DNA of 64,000 nt from a candidate division WWE3 bacterium RIFOXYC1_FULL_40_10 (GCA_001773215.1 MEWB01000001.1:550099-614098), one strand, 5' to 3'. Positions 28,542 through 38,830 are shown, numbered from the stretch's first letter. Notes: generated by a model not told the origin, from the letters alone. Numbers and translations are program-made.

Positions 28542-29228
28542 TTAATCAACAAACCTAAATTTAATTAACGCAAATACTGCCGCAAAACCATCTTTCCAGG
28601 TTATATGTTTCCCCTCCGAAAACGCTCGTCCTTTGTAGGAGATTGGAACCTCCTTAATTTTCAGACCCGACTTTAAAATTTTTGCTGTAACCTCGGGCTC
28701 AAAATCAAATCTATTAGATCGGATGTTGAGATTACGCGCAAAAGTTCCCGGTATAAGTTTATAGCAGGTCTCCATATCTGTTAGCATGACACCGAAAAAG
28801 AGATTTGTAATTAAAGTGAGGGCTTTGTTGCCAAAATAATGTAGAGTAGACATATCCTTATAGTTACCTGAAAAACGTGAACCATAGATAACGTCAACTT
28901 TTTCCTCCTCGAGTGCTCTGAGTAGCTTTGCGTATTCAGCAGGGTCGTACTCCAAATCGGCATCTTGAACAATTACATAATCCCCGGTTGTTTCTTTGAA
29001 TCCTACAGCTAGAGTGTGCCCTTTTCCCATATTTTTCTCCTTAAGAGTTAGTTTCACATCAGGATATTTTAGCTTTAGTCCTTCGAGTTTTTTTGGAGTG
29101 CTATCCTTAGACGCATCATCTACTATCACAATCTCCTTCCCTAAAGGAGATGCACTGTAGACCCTGTCAACAATCTCTTCAATTGTGTCCTCTTCGTTAT
29201 ATACGGGTATAACAACGGAAAGCTTCAT
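28542..29228 (-). CDS. GT2 polyprenyl-phosphate glycosyltransferase (Dpm1-like)
   Basis: VIPVYNE, QDADLEYDP, DMETCYK, FDFEPE. Confidence 0.9.
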   Translation of the reverse strand: MKLSVVIPVYNEEDTIEEIVDRVYSASPLGKEIVIVDDASKDSTPKKLEGLKLKYPDVKLTLKEKNMGKGHTLAVGFKETTGDYVIVQDADLEYDPAEYAKLLRALEEEKVDVIYGSRFSGNYKDMSTLHYFGNKALTLITNLFFGVMLTDMETCYKLIPGTFARNLNIRSNRFDFEPEVTAKILKSGLKIKEVPISYKGRAFSEGKHITWKDGFAAVFALIKFRFVD

Positions 29229-29231
29229 AAA

Positions 29232-30743
29232 CTAATCCCTATTAAATTTGGCAATTTTTGTATAAAACTCTGCACCTTTAACATTATATCTGAATTCTTT
29301 AATTAGCTCTAAATATGGCCTTTTACTAAGATCCAGCTCCATGGATGTATTATGTTCGTTTGTGATTACCAGATAATCGATATTTTCATCAAGAAGTGCA
29401 GATTTTTCCAAATACCTGCTTTTGTCCATATTGTAATACCTGCCTTTCCTATTTGGTGTCGGATTAAGTAGATTGATGTACCAGTCGGAAACACTGCTCA
29501 CATCATTGTACACAAAATTACCGCTTAAATTTTCGTTAATATATTCTCCGGCATTTTTTACGGATATAAATATGTTTTGATGGTCCTTGATAATTAAAAA
29601 TGACCATACAAGGCATGAAAAAACTAATAAGTATCTGGGATCAAATCGCTTAAACTTGACCAAACTTACTGCAAAAATAACAGCCTGAATTGCCAAAATC
29701 AGCAAAAAGCCTATTTTATCGGAAACAAGAAACTGCAGTTTAAGAAAATACTGACTCACTAATAAAAACCCAAAAAAGAAGATATGCAAGATAAAAAATC
29801 TCGGCTCATTATCCCAAAATTTCACAAATAAAATAATAAAAAAGGGTATTATGGGAACGAATAATCGGGGGATTGCTGCCGGCCAAAGAAGAATAATTAT
29901 CAATTCCATAACTAAAAAAACAGACAGGGGTATATGTTTGATTAATAGATCTTTGATATCTTTGGCTTTTGATAAAAGGATAGCCCCTTGTGAGTAAATG
30001 CCTAAAAAGTACAAGAAAGAAGCAAGATATGTCCAAATCATTAGCGCACCATAACTTCTGCCAGCCGGCTCCTGCAGATAGCTTGACCCAAAAGGATTGA
30101 AAAAAACTACGTAAGGTAACCAAATCACCAGAAGAGCCGCTCCGAACAAAAGTGTGTTAAGCAGTTTTGTTTTGTGTACTAGTAAGACCCCCAAAGAAAT
30201 ACTTGCAGTGAGTATATAACCCTCAAATCTGGTCATTATGGCCAAACCACATGTAATACCTAATAAGATCAATGCCCAAGGCCTGAAGCTCTTTTTATGA
30301 CAGTAGAATAAATAAAAAGCAAGTAACACCAACAGGCTGAATAATACATCCGACATTACCCTTATTGACCAATACAAGTAAACAGGGTTAAACATAAAGA
30401 GCAGCTTTGCAAACAGCTGCGTCTTAGCGTCGGGAACAAACTCTTTAATAAGTTGTGAGAACACCAAAAATGATGCCAGGCTGAGTATTAAGACCACTCC
30501 CCTACCCCATAATACGGGGTCCAGCTTTTCCACAGGCCTTAACGACAGTATAAAGGCAAATAACGGGGGCCTTTTTTCATCAGAGGGGTAGGTACCCTGT
30601 TTAATGAACTCCGCGGCTCTTAATATCCTGTATGAATCCCCCCATTCAGCGACGTTAAAGGAAAATAACGAAACGTGAATTAAAAGAAATAACCCAAATG
30701 CTAATACAGAAGGCTTAAATAAAATGGTCTTTAGCATAGTCAT
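29232..30743 (-). CDS. GT-C membrane glycosyltransferase
   Basis: WGDS.R, KRPPL, MSD, TRFEG; multi-TM. Confidence 0.78.
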   Translation of the reverse strand: MTMLKTILFKPSVLAFGLFLLIHVSLFSFNVAEWGDSYRILRAAEFIKQGTYPSDEKRPPLFAFILSLRPVEKLDPVLWGRGVVLILSLASFLVFSQLIKEFVPDAKTQLFAKLLFMFNPVYLYWSIRVMSDVLFSLLVLLAFYLFYCHKKSFRPWALILLGITCGLAIMTRFEGYILTASISLGVLLVHKTKLLNTLLFGAALLVIWLPYVVFFNPFGSSYLQEPAGRSYGALMIWTYLASFLYFLGIYSQGAILLSKAKDIKDLLIKHIPLSVFLVMELIIILLWPAAIPRLFVPIIPFFIILFVKFWDNEPRFFILHIFFFGFLLVSQYFLKLQFLVSDKIGFLLILAIQAVIFAVSLVKFKRFDPRYLLVFSCLVWSFLIIKDHQNIFISVKNAGEYINENLSGNFVYNDVSSVSDWYINLLNPTPNRKGRYYNMDKSRYLEKSALLDENIDYLVITNEHNTSMELDLSKRPYLELIKEFRYNVKGAEFYTKIAKFNRD

Positions 30744-31917
30744 AAACTCGCTTCAACTCCTTAGCTCTCATATCCCAGGAATAAGTGCTCCAAATTTTCG
30801 TACTCTCAACAATCGGCGGATTATCAATCATACTTTTTACCTGCGCCGCAAGATCTTTGGGGTCGTCATTATTATCTATATACTCAAGCCCCGAGATATC
30901 TTGAGAAACTTTTACCGCCTTGGATACAAGAACCGGTACACCGCAAGATAGACTTTCCATCAAAACCTTTGGCATGCCTTCAAACTCTGAGGGCAGCACA
31001 AAAAGGTCCGACATCTGATACGCAATCGGAGCCTGAGGATAAGGTGTGTATCCCACCCTTAAAACCCTATTCTCCAAACCTCTCTTCCTAATCGTTTCCT
31101 GGATAATTTGAACATAAGAAGGGTCTCCAGAACCCACTAAAACAAGTTTAAAGTATGGGGGAAGAAAGGACATCATTTCTACCAGCTTGTGAACGCCTTT
31201 TCTCTCTACTAGGTAACCTAGGTACAAAATTACCTTATCGAACATGTCTAAACCTAGGTCGTGACGGGATTTTTCTTTTTCGTTTTGTGCTACTTTTGTA
31301 AACCTTTTGGGGTTCACACCGGATTCAATTACAAAGCATTTATCTTCTTTTACTCCATAATGAGTTATGGCTTCTTGCTTCAGTTGATCACTAACAAACA
31401 CACAAGCATCTGCAACGTCGGCAGCCAATCGGTCAGAGTATTCGCTCATGGGCCAGCCTATTAACTGAGAAGTAATCTTTGGCCTACCGATTTTTTCCAG
31501 CGATTCCTTTCTTCCGGCTGCAGTGTTGTGAAAATGAACTACCAGAGGTGTCATAAGTTCGTCCGACCAGGGCATATACTTCTTTAAAAACTTCCTATAC
31601 AGGTAAATCCAAACTCCAAAGTGCCCATGGCAATGGATCATATCTACCTTGTTTTCCTTTTTCTTTCTAAAGGATAGGTACTTAAAAAATAGCGCAATCG
31701 AACTTGTAAAAAAAACCGTGTCTGGAATAGGTTCTCTCCAAATAGGGAAAATTTTAAGCCCTTCTGGTACCTCCAACTCACCGGCCTTGGGCCATCTGCC
31801 ACAAAATACCGTCACCTCATCACCTTGCTTGAGCTGAGAAACAGTGAGTTCGTAGGGATGAGGGGCTAATCCAAGCCAAGGAGGTGGCCAATCGTATACT
31901 ATTCTGAGTATTTTCAT
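30715..31917 (-). CDS. GT4 glycosyltransferase
   Basis: RKG, FVLPSEFEGMPKVLME (ExxxxxxxE). Confidence 0.9.
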   Translation of the reverse strand: MKILRIVYDWPPPWLGLAPHPYELTVSQLKQGDEVTVFCGRWPKAGELEVPEGLKIFPIWREPIPDTVFFTSSIALFFKYLSFRKKKENKVDMIHCHGHFGVWIYLYRKFLKKYMPWSDELMTPLVVHFHNTAAGRKESLEKIGRPKITSQLIGWPMSEYSDRLAADVADACVFVSDQLKQEAITHYGVKEDKCFVIESGVNPKRFTKVAQNEKEKSRHDLGLDMFDKVILYLGYLVERKGVHKLVEMMSFLPPYFKLVLVGSGDPSYVQIIQETIRKRGLENRVLRVGYTPYPQAPIAYQMSDLFVLPSEFEGMPKVLMESLSCGVPVLVSKAVKVSQDISGLEYIDNNDDPKDLAAQVKSMIDNPPIVESTKIWSTYSWDMRAKELKRVYDYAKDHFI

Positions 31918-33098
31918 TTTTTAACAAGCTCCATAATTAGTTCATTATAGCTGTTAATCATACTTTCGACTGAAAAAGTTTGCTCAAACCGTACTCTGCT
32001 GTTTCTTCCCATGCTTTCTCTAAGCTTTACGTCTGCCACTAAGCTCTCCAATTTTTGAGAAAAACATGCAATCTCATCCTCTTTACATAGAAATCCTGTA
32101 ATTTTGTCGATTACGGCATCTTTTGTTCCCCCCATGTCGAATGCAATAATAGGAATGCCACTCATACCGGCCTCAACCAACACCATAGGAAATCCCTCAT
32201 ACCTGCGAGTTGGAAATAGGAACACGGTAGCTTTTGAATAAAAGCTCGGAATCTCCTCAAATGGGACTTTCCCATGAATGATAATTTTGTCCGCTAAACC
32301 CAGTTCCGCGACTTTGGATTTTAGGGAGCTTAATTCAGGCCCATCTCCAATGATATCCATTTTGTATTGATAGCTTCCCAGCCTCTGTGCCAACTCCGGT
32401 AAATAGTTCACACCCTTCTCACGCTCTAATCTGCCTATAAACAATATGTTTACCGGTGAATAATCCTTGTCAGAAACATCAAAATCCAACGGAGATACGC
32501 CATTGTAAACTACCCTAATTTTTTCCTCCGGACAGTGTACCTCATCGATTATTGAGTTCTTTACAAAGCTCGACACCGCAACAATTTTGTTTGCTTTATG
32601 GAGATATTCTCTCTGCCTGGTAAAAAAGTTTGTGAGAGAATACACGGTATCTCGTATCACTTTATACAGATCTGAGGGGTTCTGCAGTTTAAAATTTTTC
32701 AATCTTGTTCTTATTTCACTTATTATCGTGCCATGAGCAATGGATATTGCAGGTATCTGAAGTTCTTCTTTATGACCCAATACACCTATACCAGCGCTAC
32801 TTTGGCTGATTATCAAATCGAAAGGTTGCCTGGCATGATATTTTTCGAAAACTTTATAGGATTTTACCGCCCAGTTATTGGAGCCGGTTGAAAATAACAT
32901 TCTGTAAACAGAAGGTATAAAAACGTAGTCTACTCCATTTTGTGACAGGATCCCATCCGGAACGGATCCCTGAGGTGTAAAAATAGTAACCTTATGTCCT
33001 AAGCGGACTAATCCCTCACACAAAACTTTATTCTGAGTTTCAAAGCCACCACTACCTTTGTGAAATGTGGTCTTCTTAATAAAAACAGAAATATTCAT
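31914..33098 (-). CDS. GT4 glycosyltransferase
   Basis: GRLEREKG, EGFPMVLVEA. Confidence 0.9.
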   Translation of the reverse strand: MNISVFIKKTTFHKGSGGFETQNKVLCEGLVRLGHKVTIFTPQGSVPDGILSQNGVDYVFIPSVYRMLFSTGSNNWAVKSYKVFEKYHARQPFDLIISQSSAGIGVLGHKEELQIPAISIAHGTIISEIRTRLKNFKLQNPSDLYKVIRDTVYSLTNFFTRQREYLHKANKIVAVSSFVKNSIIDEVHCPEEKIRVVYNGVSPLDFDVSDKDYSPVNILFIGRLEREKGVNYLPELAQRLGSYQYKMDIIGDGPELSSLKSKVAELGLADKIIIHGKVPFEEIPSFYSKATVFLFPTRRYEGFPMVLVEAGMSGIPIIAFDMGGTKDAVIDKITGFLCKEDEIACFSQKLESLVADVKLRESMGRNSRVRFEQTFSVESMINSYNELIMELVKK

Positions 33099-33107
33099 AG
33101 TAGGACC

Positions 33108-33113
33108 AGTATA
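33108..33113 (-). promoter_or_regulatory. -10 element (TATACT) 9 nt before ATG
   Basis: Minus strand TATACT-GGTCCTACT-ATG in a 15-bp gap. Confidence 0.4.
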
Positions 33114-34337
33114 TTACTTTAAGAGGTAACTCTCTAACTTTATAACATTTTCATCAAGATTAAATTTTAGTCTGAGCTCGGCATTTGCTTTTTTGCTTAA
33201 AGTCTCCCTCAGAGAACGGTTCAAAATCATTTTTTCGATGCTATCAGCTAATGCTTGCGAGTTTTGAGGAGGAACTATTAAAGAATTAATGCCATCTTTA
33301 AATGCTTCCTGAATGCTTCCTGTTGAGGTAGCGATGACAGGAACCTGCAGTGCCGAGGCCTCAATTAGCGCATTAGGGATCCCCTCAGCATCCTTCTCCT
33401 TTGTTTCTAAACTAGGCAGTACAAATACAGTGGCATTTGCCAAATATGATAGGGCTTCCTTGTTTGGTAAGCCATGTCCCTCCCCCAATATCTCCACAAT
33501 TCCCTGCAATCCAGCATTCTTGATAAGCTCCAGATACTCGGAATATTTTGACCCCGGGCCAATAATAGTCACTTTATGAATAATGCTCCTCTGCTTCAAA
33601 ATAGCTGAGGCTTCTATCAGATACGTCAGCCCTTTTTTCTCCTCCAATCGGCCAATAGATACTACAGTAGGTACTGCTGGTTCCGTAAGCTGTTCGACTG
33701 AATCTCTTTTGATTTCGGAAAAGTTTACCCCATGGTAGATCAGTACAACCTTATCAGGAGAAATTTTTGAGCAAACATCAAAAGCTTTTTTGTTACATAT
33801 AGCTGTAAAGTCGGCTCTGGCTATTTTTTTATCAAGAAGCTCGGGATTTAACGACTTTTGACTGGCCCGCCCAAAAACGTCTCGGGCGTGCCCGGATAAA
33901 CTTAGGGGAATATCTTCCAGAACAGATACTAGAAGACCTATTGTAGAAGGCTCAGATAGAAAATGGCAGTGTAACCGGCTTGGGTGATACCTCTTAACTA
34001 TTCGGGCAAAACCCACAGATTTGATAAATAAATATAGGTTCTGAAGGAAATTTCGATTTGTATTTGCAAGTATAATTTCATACGCGGCAAAAGCCCTGGG
34101 AAAATTGATAAAAGCCCTGATTAGCCCAAACACCACATCCACTATCCCCAGCTTTATATAGGAAACACGCCTGGAAAGAGAATCCGACATTGCCCCGGTC
34201 CCCTTTTTTAGGGATAAAACTAAGATATCCAGGTTATCTCTTGCAATTAAAACTTCTATTTCCCGCGATATAAAGGTCTCACTAAGAACGGGAAACTCGG
34301 GCACAAATATCAATACTCTTGGCTTATTAGTGGTCAT
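33114..34337 (-). CDS. GT4 glycosyltransferase (WcaL-like)
   Basis: FPVLSETFI, HCHF, GRLEEKKG, EGIPNALIEA. Confidence 0.9.
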   Translation of the reverse strand: MTTNKPRVLIFVPEFPVLSETFISREIEVLIARDNLDILVLSLKKGTGAMSDSLSRRVSYIKLGIVDVVFGLIRAFINFPRAFAAYEIILANTNRNFLQNLYLFIKSVGFARIVKRYHPSRLHCHFLSEPSTIGLLVSVLEDIPLSLSGHARDVFGRASQKSLNPELLDKKIARADFTAICNKKAFDVCSKISPDKVVLIYHGVNFSEIKRDSVEQLTEPAVPTVVSIGRLEEKKGLTYLIEASAILKQRSIIHKVTIIGPGSKYSEYLELIKNAGLQGIVEILGEGHGLPNKEALSYLANATVFVLPSLETKEKDAEGIPNALIEASALQVPVIATSTGSIQEAFKDGINSLIVPPQNSQALADSIEKMILNRSLRETLSKKANAELRLKFNLDENVIKLESYLLK

Positions 34338-35697
34338 TATTTAGAACGGCTTTCTGATAAACTTTATCTTTCTCAGCTAATAATTCAACACCATTAGTTC
34401 TTTTGCCTACAGCGAAATATACAAAACCCATGTTTTGCACTTTCTCAACATTGAGCATGTTTCTTCCATCGAATATAAGCGGGTTAGCTAATAGATTTTT
34501 TGTTCTAGATAGATCGATAGTACCAAACTCCTTCCAATCTGTAAGGATGAACAAGGCGTCGGATTTTTCCATAACCTCATATGAATCTAAACAATAGCTA
34601 ATATTGTCCTCGCCTAACACTCTCTTGGAATTATACATGGCCTGGGGGTCATAAACCTTGAGTTTAGCACCCATCCCGCGTAACACTTTTACTACCTCTA
34701 TAGCGACCGAATCCCTGATATCATCTGTGTCCCCTTTAAATGCTAGCCCCAAAACACCCAACGACTTTCCACTTAGGTTTTTTCCCAGATGTAGGGTGAC
34801 ATTTTTTAGGAAATTGTATTTCATCCGTTCATTCACTTCCATAACACCACGTAGCAGCTTAAAATCGTATGCTTGGTCGGTTGATGTTCTATACAAAGCA
34901 GCAACGTCTTTAGGAAAACAGCTCCCTCCATACCCTATACCTGCTCTTAAAAATTTGGGCCCTATCCTACTGTCCAAACCCATACCTTTTGCTACTGTAG
35001 AAATATCCGCGTGGGCTCTCTCACATATCTGAGCTATTTCGTTAATAAAACTTATTTTAGTAGCTAAAAAAGCATTGGAAGCATATTTAATTAGTTCTGC
35101 TGACCTAAGATCACACTCCACTATCGGGGTTCCAAGGTGGGTATAAAGGTTCTTTAATATTCCCAATGCCTTTGGAGAGTTTGAACCAATTACTGTTCTG
35201 TCAGTAGTTCGCATATCCTCCACAGAACTTCCTTCTCTTAGAAACTCCGGGTTTGAAGCTACGTCAAACTCCACCGGACTCTTAAGGTTCTGCCTGATAA
35301 GCTCGTAAACTCTTTCGTTAGTGCCAACGGGAACTGTACTTTTTGTTACAATCACTTTGTAGTCAGTTAAACTTTCACCTATTTGCTTAGCTACCGCTAA
35401 CACAGCAGATAAATCCGCCGCTCCCGTATCATCTTGTGGGGTACCTACACAGATGAATACAATCTCCGCATGTGCAATACCTTCAGCCATATCCGTAGTA
35501 AAAGAAAGCCTTTTTTCACCAATATTTCTTACAACAATTTCGGCAAGGCCGGGCTCGTATATCGGCATCTCTCCCGCCTTGATTTTCTCAATTTTAGCTG
35601 AATCTATATCAACACCAATTACTTCATTTCCCCAATCGGAAAAAATTGCTGCTCCGACGAGTCCAACATATCCTGTTCCTATTACGCAAAGTTTCAT
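34327..35697 (-). CDS. ugd: UDP-glucose 6-dehydrogenase
   Basis: GTGYVG, SNPEFLREG, GYGGSCFPKD. Confidence 0.93.
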   Translation of the reverse strand: MKLCVIGTGYVGLVGAAIFSDWGNEVIGVDIDSAKIEKIKAGEMPIYEPGLAEIVVRNIGEKRLSFTTDMAEGIAHAEIVFICVGTPQDDTGAADLSAVLAVAKQIGESLTDYKVIVTKSTVPVGTNERVYELIRQNLKSPVEFDVASNPEFLREGSSVEDMRTTDRTVIGSNSPKALGILKNLYTHLGTPIVECDLRSAELIKYASNAFLATKISFINEIAQICERAHADISTVAKGMGLDSRIGPKFLRAGIGYGGSCFPKDVAALYRTSTDQAYDFKLLRGVMEVNERMKYNFLKNVTLHLGKNLSGKSLGVLGLAFKGDTDDIRDSVAIEVVKVLRGMGAKLKVYDPQAMYNSKRVLGEDNISYCLDSYEVMEKSDALFILTDWKEFGTIDLSRTKNLLANPLIFDGRNMLNVEKVQNMGFVYFAVGKRTNGVELLAEKDKVYQKAVLNNDH

Positions 35698-35728
35698 ACT
35701 ACAATAGTGACCTCAAACAAATACTTAT

Positions 35729-36502
35729 CTAGGGGTCGAGGTTTCTGGCGGAATTATATCTACCCAAAAAGCCGTTTAGGCTTATCTTAAAAACATCCCA
35801 TGCCATTTTGATTGAGTCCTTAACATGGCTTAATCTGTTCGTTTTTACGTAAGTCCAAACCACAGGTACTGACTTAATTTTGTAACCCAGCCTCTGTGCA
35901 ATTAGTAAGGCTTCTACATCCCAAGCCCCGAGATATGCAGCTTTAGTGGGTTTCTCATTCTTCCCGTACACTCTAAATCTTGGAAAAATATCTTGAGCCG
36001 CTTTGTTTGTAAAAAGCTTAAAACCACATTGGGTATCTGAAATTCCCTTAACTGCGACTATTCTTATCCAAAGATTAAATATCCTCCCCATAATATGCCT
36101 TATCAGGGGTTCCTTAATCCTTTTAGCTCCTATGCCCTCTCTGGAAGCAATAACGATATCGTAGCCGTGATCAGTAGACCAAACCAAAAGCTTTTTTATT
36201 TCTTGAATCGGCGCCGCCAAATCTGCGTCGGTCATCAATATATAATCTCCTTTGGCCGCACTCATTGCTCTCCAAATATTATAACTTTTCCCAAAATGAA
36301 CATTGTCCAGGATTACTATCCTTGGTTCACTCTTTTGATATGACTTTATCAGTTCGACCGTGTTATCTGTGCTTCCATCGTTAGAGATTACAATTTCAAA
36401 ATCAGGCTGATAATTCCCCATAAAATTAATGATTTGAGTGAGAGTGGACGCAATTTTATCGCTCTCATTATAAACAGACATAATTATTGATATTTTAGGC
36501 AT
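35729..36502 (-). CDS. Dolichyl/polyprenyl-phosphate beta-glucosyltransferase-like GT2
   Basis: NDGSTD, MTDADL, DTQCGFKLF, WDVE. Confidence 0.87.
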   Translation of the reverse strand: MPKISIIMSVYNESDKIASTLTQIINFMGNYQPDFEIVISNDGSTDNTVELIKSYQKSEPRIVILDNVHFGKSYNIWRAMSAAKGDYILMTDADLAAPIQEIKKLLVWSTDHGYDIVIASREGIGAKRIKEPLIRHIMGRIFNLWIRIVAVKGISDTQCGFKLFTNKAAQDIFPRFRVYGKNEKPTKAAYLGAWDVEALLIAQRLGYKIKSVPVVWTYVKTNRLSHVKDSIKMAWDVFKISLNGFLGRYNSARNLDP

Positions 36503-37619
36503 TTCTTTTCTCCCGCCAAATTACTTTACTATATATTGTAAAGTTCCAAATCAAGCCCAAAATAACTCCCGTGAAAAAAGCGCTGTTTGAAACAAGGAAA
36601 CTATCCCCAAAGTACTGTACAGACCAGGATATTATCTTTGCTCTAACAATAATAGGTATCAGTGAAGAAATGTAATAAACAACAAAACTTTGTACCGTTT
36701 TTTGTAGACCTGATATTTTTCTGTCGCCAAATGACCAAAAATTATTTAAATAATAAGTGACACCTATAGCTACCAAACCCGAAAGTAACGCGCCAAGTTC
36801 GGAATTTCCAGTGAAGATTCGTAATATATTAAAAAGTGTTGTATCCGTAAAAAGCCCTACTAAACCCACTGAAAGAAATCTGAGTAAACTTTTGGAATCC
36901 GCAATTTTTAATGCAATAACAACCTTTAACGACTCCAGTGGGTTATTACGCTCCATTTTTGACTCACCTTCGGACCTAACATGGAAATGGATCGGAAGTT
37001 CTTTTATTTTGGCACCTAATTTATTCATTCTAAATAGCAAATCGATTTTATATGCAAATCCTTTTGTCATTATTGAATCTAAGTCGAGGCTATCCACAAA
37101 ACCCTTTACTCTAGAGGCTTTAAAACCTGTAGTGAAATCGTTAACCTGGGGAATACCCAATACAATTTTTGTAAAAATATTTCCACCTATACTCAAAACT
37201 TTCCGATAAAACTCCCAATCTCTGGGAATACTCCCACCCTTGGCAAACCTTGATCCTATAACATAATCGTACCCATGTTCTATTTCAGAGATGAACCGAC
37301 TTATATCATTGGGGTCATGTTGAAAATCAGCATCCATTTCCATTATCACATCTGCATTTAACTCTCTCATGGCATGCTTGAAACCCAATATATATGCAGC
37401 CCCCAAACCGTTTTTCTTTTCCTCAACCAGCAAGTGAATCCAATCTGCTGTGCTTTGTTTACTTTTTACAATTTGTGACGTACCGTCCGGAGAATTTCCA
37501 TCGACTATTAAGACCTGGATATCGTGTGATGACCCCGCTCTTTGCGTTCTTAAAGCCTCAATATAGGGCCCGATATTTTTAGCTTCGTTGTAAGTAGGAA
37601 CAACAATTACTATTCTCAT
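36495..37619 (-). CDS. Polyprenyl-phosphate mannose synthase-like GT2 fused to GtrA flippase domain
   Basis: PTYNE, SPDGT, MDADFQHDP; C-terminal 4-TM GtrA (RF..VG, NNFWSF, WNF). Confidence 0.88.
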   Translation of the reverse strand: MRIVIVVPTYNEAKNIGPYIEALRTQRAGSSHDIQVLIVDGNSPDGTSQIVKSKQSTADWIHLLVEEKKNGLGAAYILGFKHAMRELNADVIMEMDADFQHDPNDISRFISEIEHGYDYVIGSRFAKGGSIPRDWEFYRKVLSIGGNIFTKIVLGIPQVNDFTTGFKASRVKGFVDSLDLDSIMTKGFAYKIDLLFRMNKLGAKIKELPIHFHVRSEGESKMERNNPLESLKVVIALKIADSKSLLRFLSVGLVGLFTDTTLFNILRIFTGNSELGALLSGLVAIGVTYYLNNFWSFGDRKISGLQKTVQSFVVYYISSLIPIIVRAKIISWSVQYFGDSFLVSNSAFFTGVILGLIWNFTIYSKVIWREKRNA

Positions 37620-37873
37620 AAAAGTATGGCTACAAACAATAACAGAAAGGCAAAAGTGCCAACGAGCGTATATTCTAAACCAATTTCAAAATTTAAGCGA
37701 GACTCTTTTTTGTGATGGATAATGCCCATTATCGAATAAAGGGCGCACCCTGCAAAGGAAAGTATTAGAATAGCGGGCTTGTTGTGTTGAAATATTAGTA
37801 ACAGCGAAAGAATTAGCAGTACGCTTATTACAATTAGCATGTAAATTCCGGTGTGCCCTTTTTGGTTAGCCAT
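37616..37873 (-). CDS. Small 3-TM membrane protein
   Basis: Hydrophobic with GIIHH...EY motif; start at ATG 37873 (TAATATG coupling). Confidence 0.7.
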   Translation of the reverse strand: MANQKGHTGIYMLIVISVLLILSLLLIFQHNKPAILILSFAGCALYSIMGIIHHKKESRLNFEIGLEYTLVGTFAFLLLFVAILL

Positions 37874-37874
37874 A

Positions 37875-38813
37875 TTAAAGTACAATCCCCGGCGAAATAA
37901 TAAACCAAATACTAATTAGAACTGCAACAAATAATGTTAAATGAAAAACTGAGTGTCCATTGAACTTAAGTATTCCTTTCCTTCGGGAATACCAAATATC
38001 CAAAACTAATAATGCAGTGATAAATGCGCCTAAGAAAGTTCCAAGGGTTCTGATTGCCGAGGGTAGGTCGATAAGTAGGTTAGACGCTGGGACTGGTTCG
38101 GGTACAACAACCTGCTGGATATCGTTCTCCGACTGAACGCTGGGAGCAACTTGCGTCGAATTATCAAGCTTACTCAGTAAACCCTCCTGGTCATCAATTT
38201 TCGCAATGCGAGCAGGATTCCTTGGTCTTCCAAACATCTGAACCACTAAAGTAGTTTCATAGCCGTCCAACACTCCGTTCACCACTGCGAACCCTATTTC
38301 ATCATAATTTGGGCTTAGTAAATTACTCCTGTGGGAAGGGGAGTTATACCAAGCAGACACAACATCGCCAGACTGGCTAAAGTTTTTGGCTAAATTTTCT
38401 CCTGCATACACATAGTCGTAGCCCTCAGCTAATATAAAAGCCCACGGCTCTACTCCATCGGGGGAGATATGCGCCCAATAGCTTTTTTCAAACATATGGT
38501 GTGCCTTTTTTTCAGCTGCAGCAGATAAAGTAGCGCTCAAAACTAACGCCTTTTGGCCACTTTTTGCACGGGTACTATTTGTACTTTCGAGTAAGTCTCT
38601 GATAGAAATATCCGATGCGTAGCCTAAAACACCAGGAATGAACACAGGTAATATTCGAAATAGGAAAGCTATTAGTAAAATCAATATGCAGTACACTGCA
38701 AAGGCTTTATTGGACAACAATGTTGCTCTTTTATTTTCAATAGGGTGGGGAAGAAACTGATATTTATCTATTGCCTTGGATTGATTTCTCCAGTTTTTTA
38801 CTAGTGCTATCAT
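37875..38813 (-). CDS. Membrane-anchored CAP (SCP-like) domain protein
   Basis: YWAH.SPDG, AGENLA, W..SPSHR.N, VVQMFG; TM helices at both ends. Confidence 0.88.
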   Translation of the reverse strand: MIALVKNWRNQSKAIDKYQFLPHPIENKRATLLSNKAFAVYCILILLIAFLFRILPVFIPGVLGYASDISIRDLLESTNSTRAKSGQKALVLSATLSAAAEKKAHHMFEKSYWAHISPDGVEPWAFILAEGYDYVYAGENLAKNFSQSGDVVSAWYNSPSHRSNLLSPNYDEIGFAVVNGVLDGYETTLVVQMFGRPRNPARIAKIDDQEGLLSKLDNSTQVAPSVQSENDIQQVVVPEPVPASNLLIDLPSAIRTLGTFLGAFITALLVLDIWYSRRKGILKFNGHSVFHLTLFVAVLISIWFIISPGIVL

Positions 38814-38820
38814 CCTAACA

Positions 38821-38829
38821 ATTGTAGCA
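38821..38829 (-). promoter_or_regulatory. Extended -10 promoter (TGC-TACAAT) 7 nt before CAP gene ATG
   Basis: Minus strand TGCTACAAT-TGTTAGG-ATG fills the 17-bp adk-CAP gap. Confidence 0.55.
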
Positions 38830-38830
38830 T

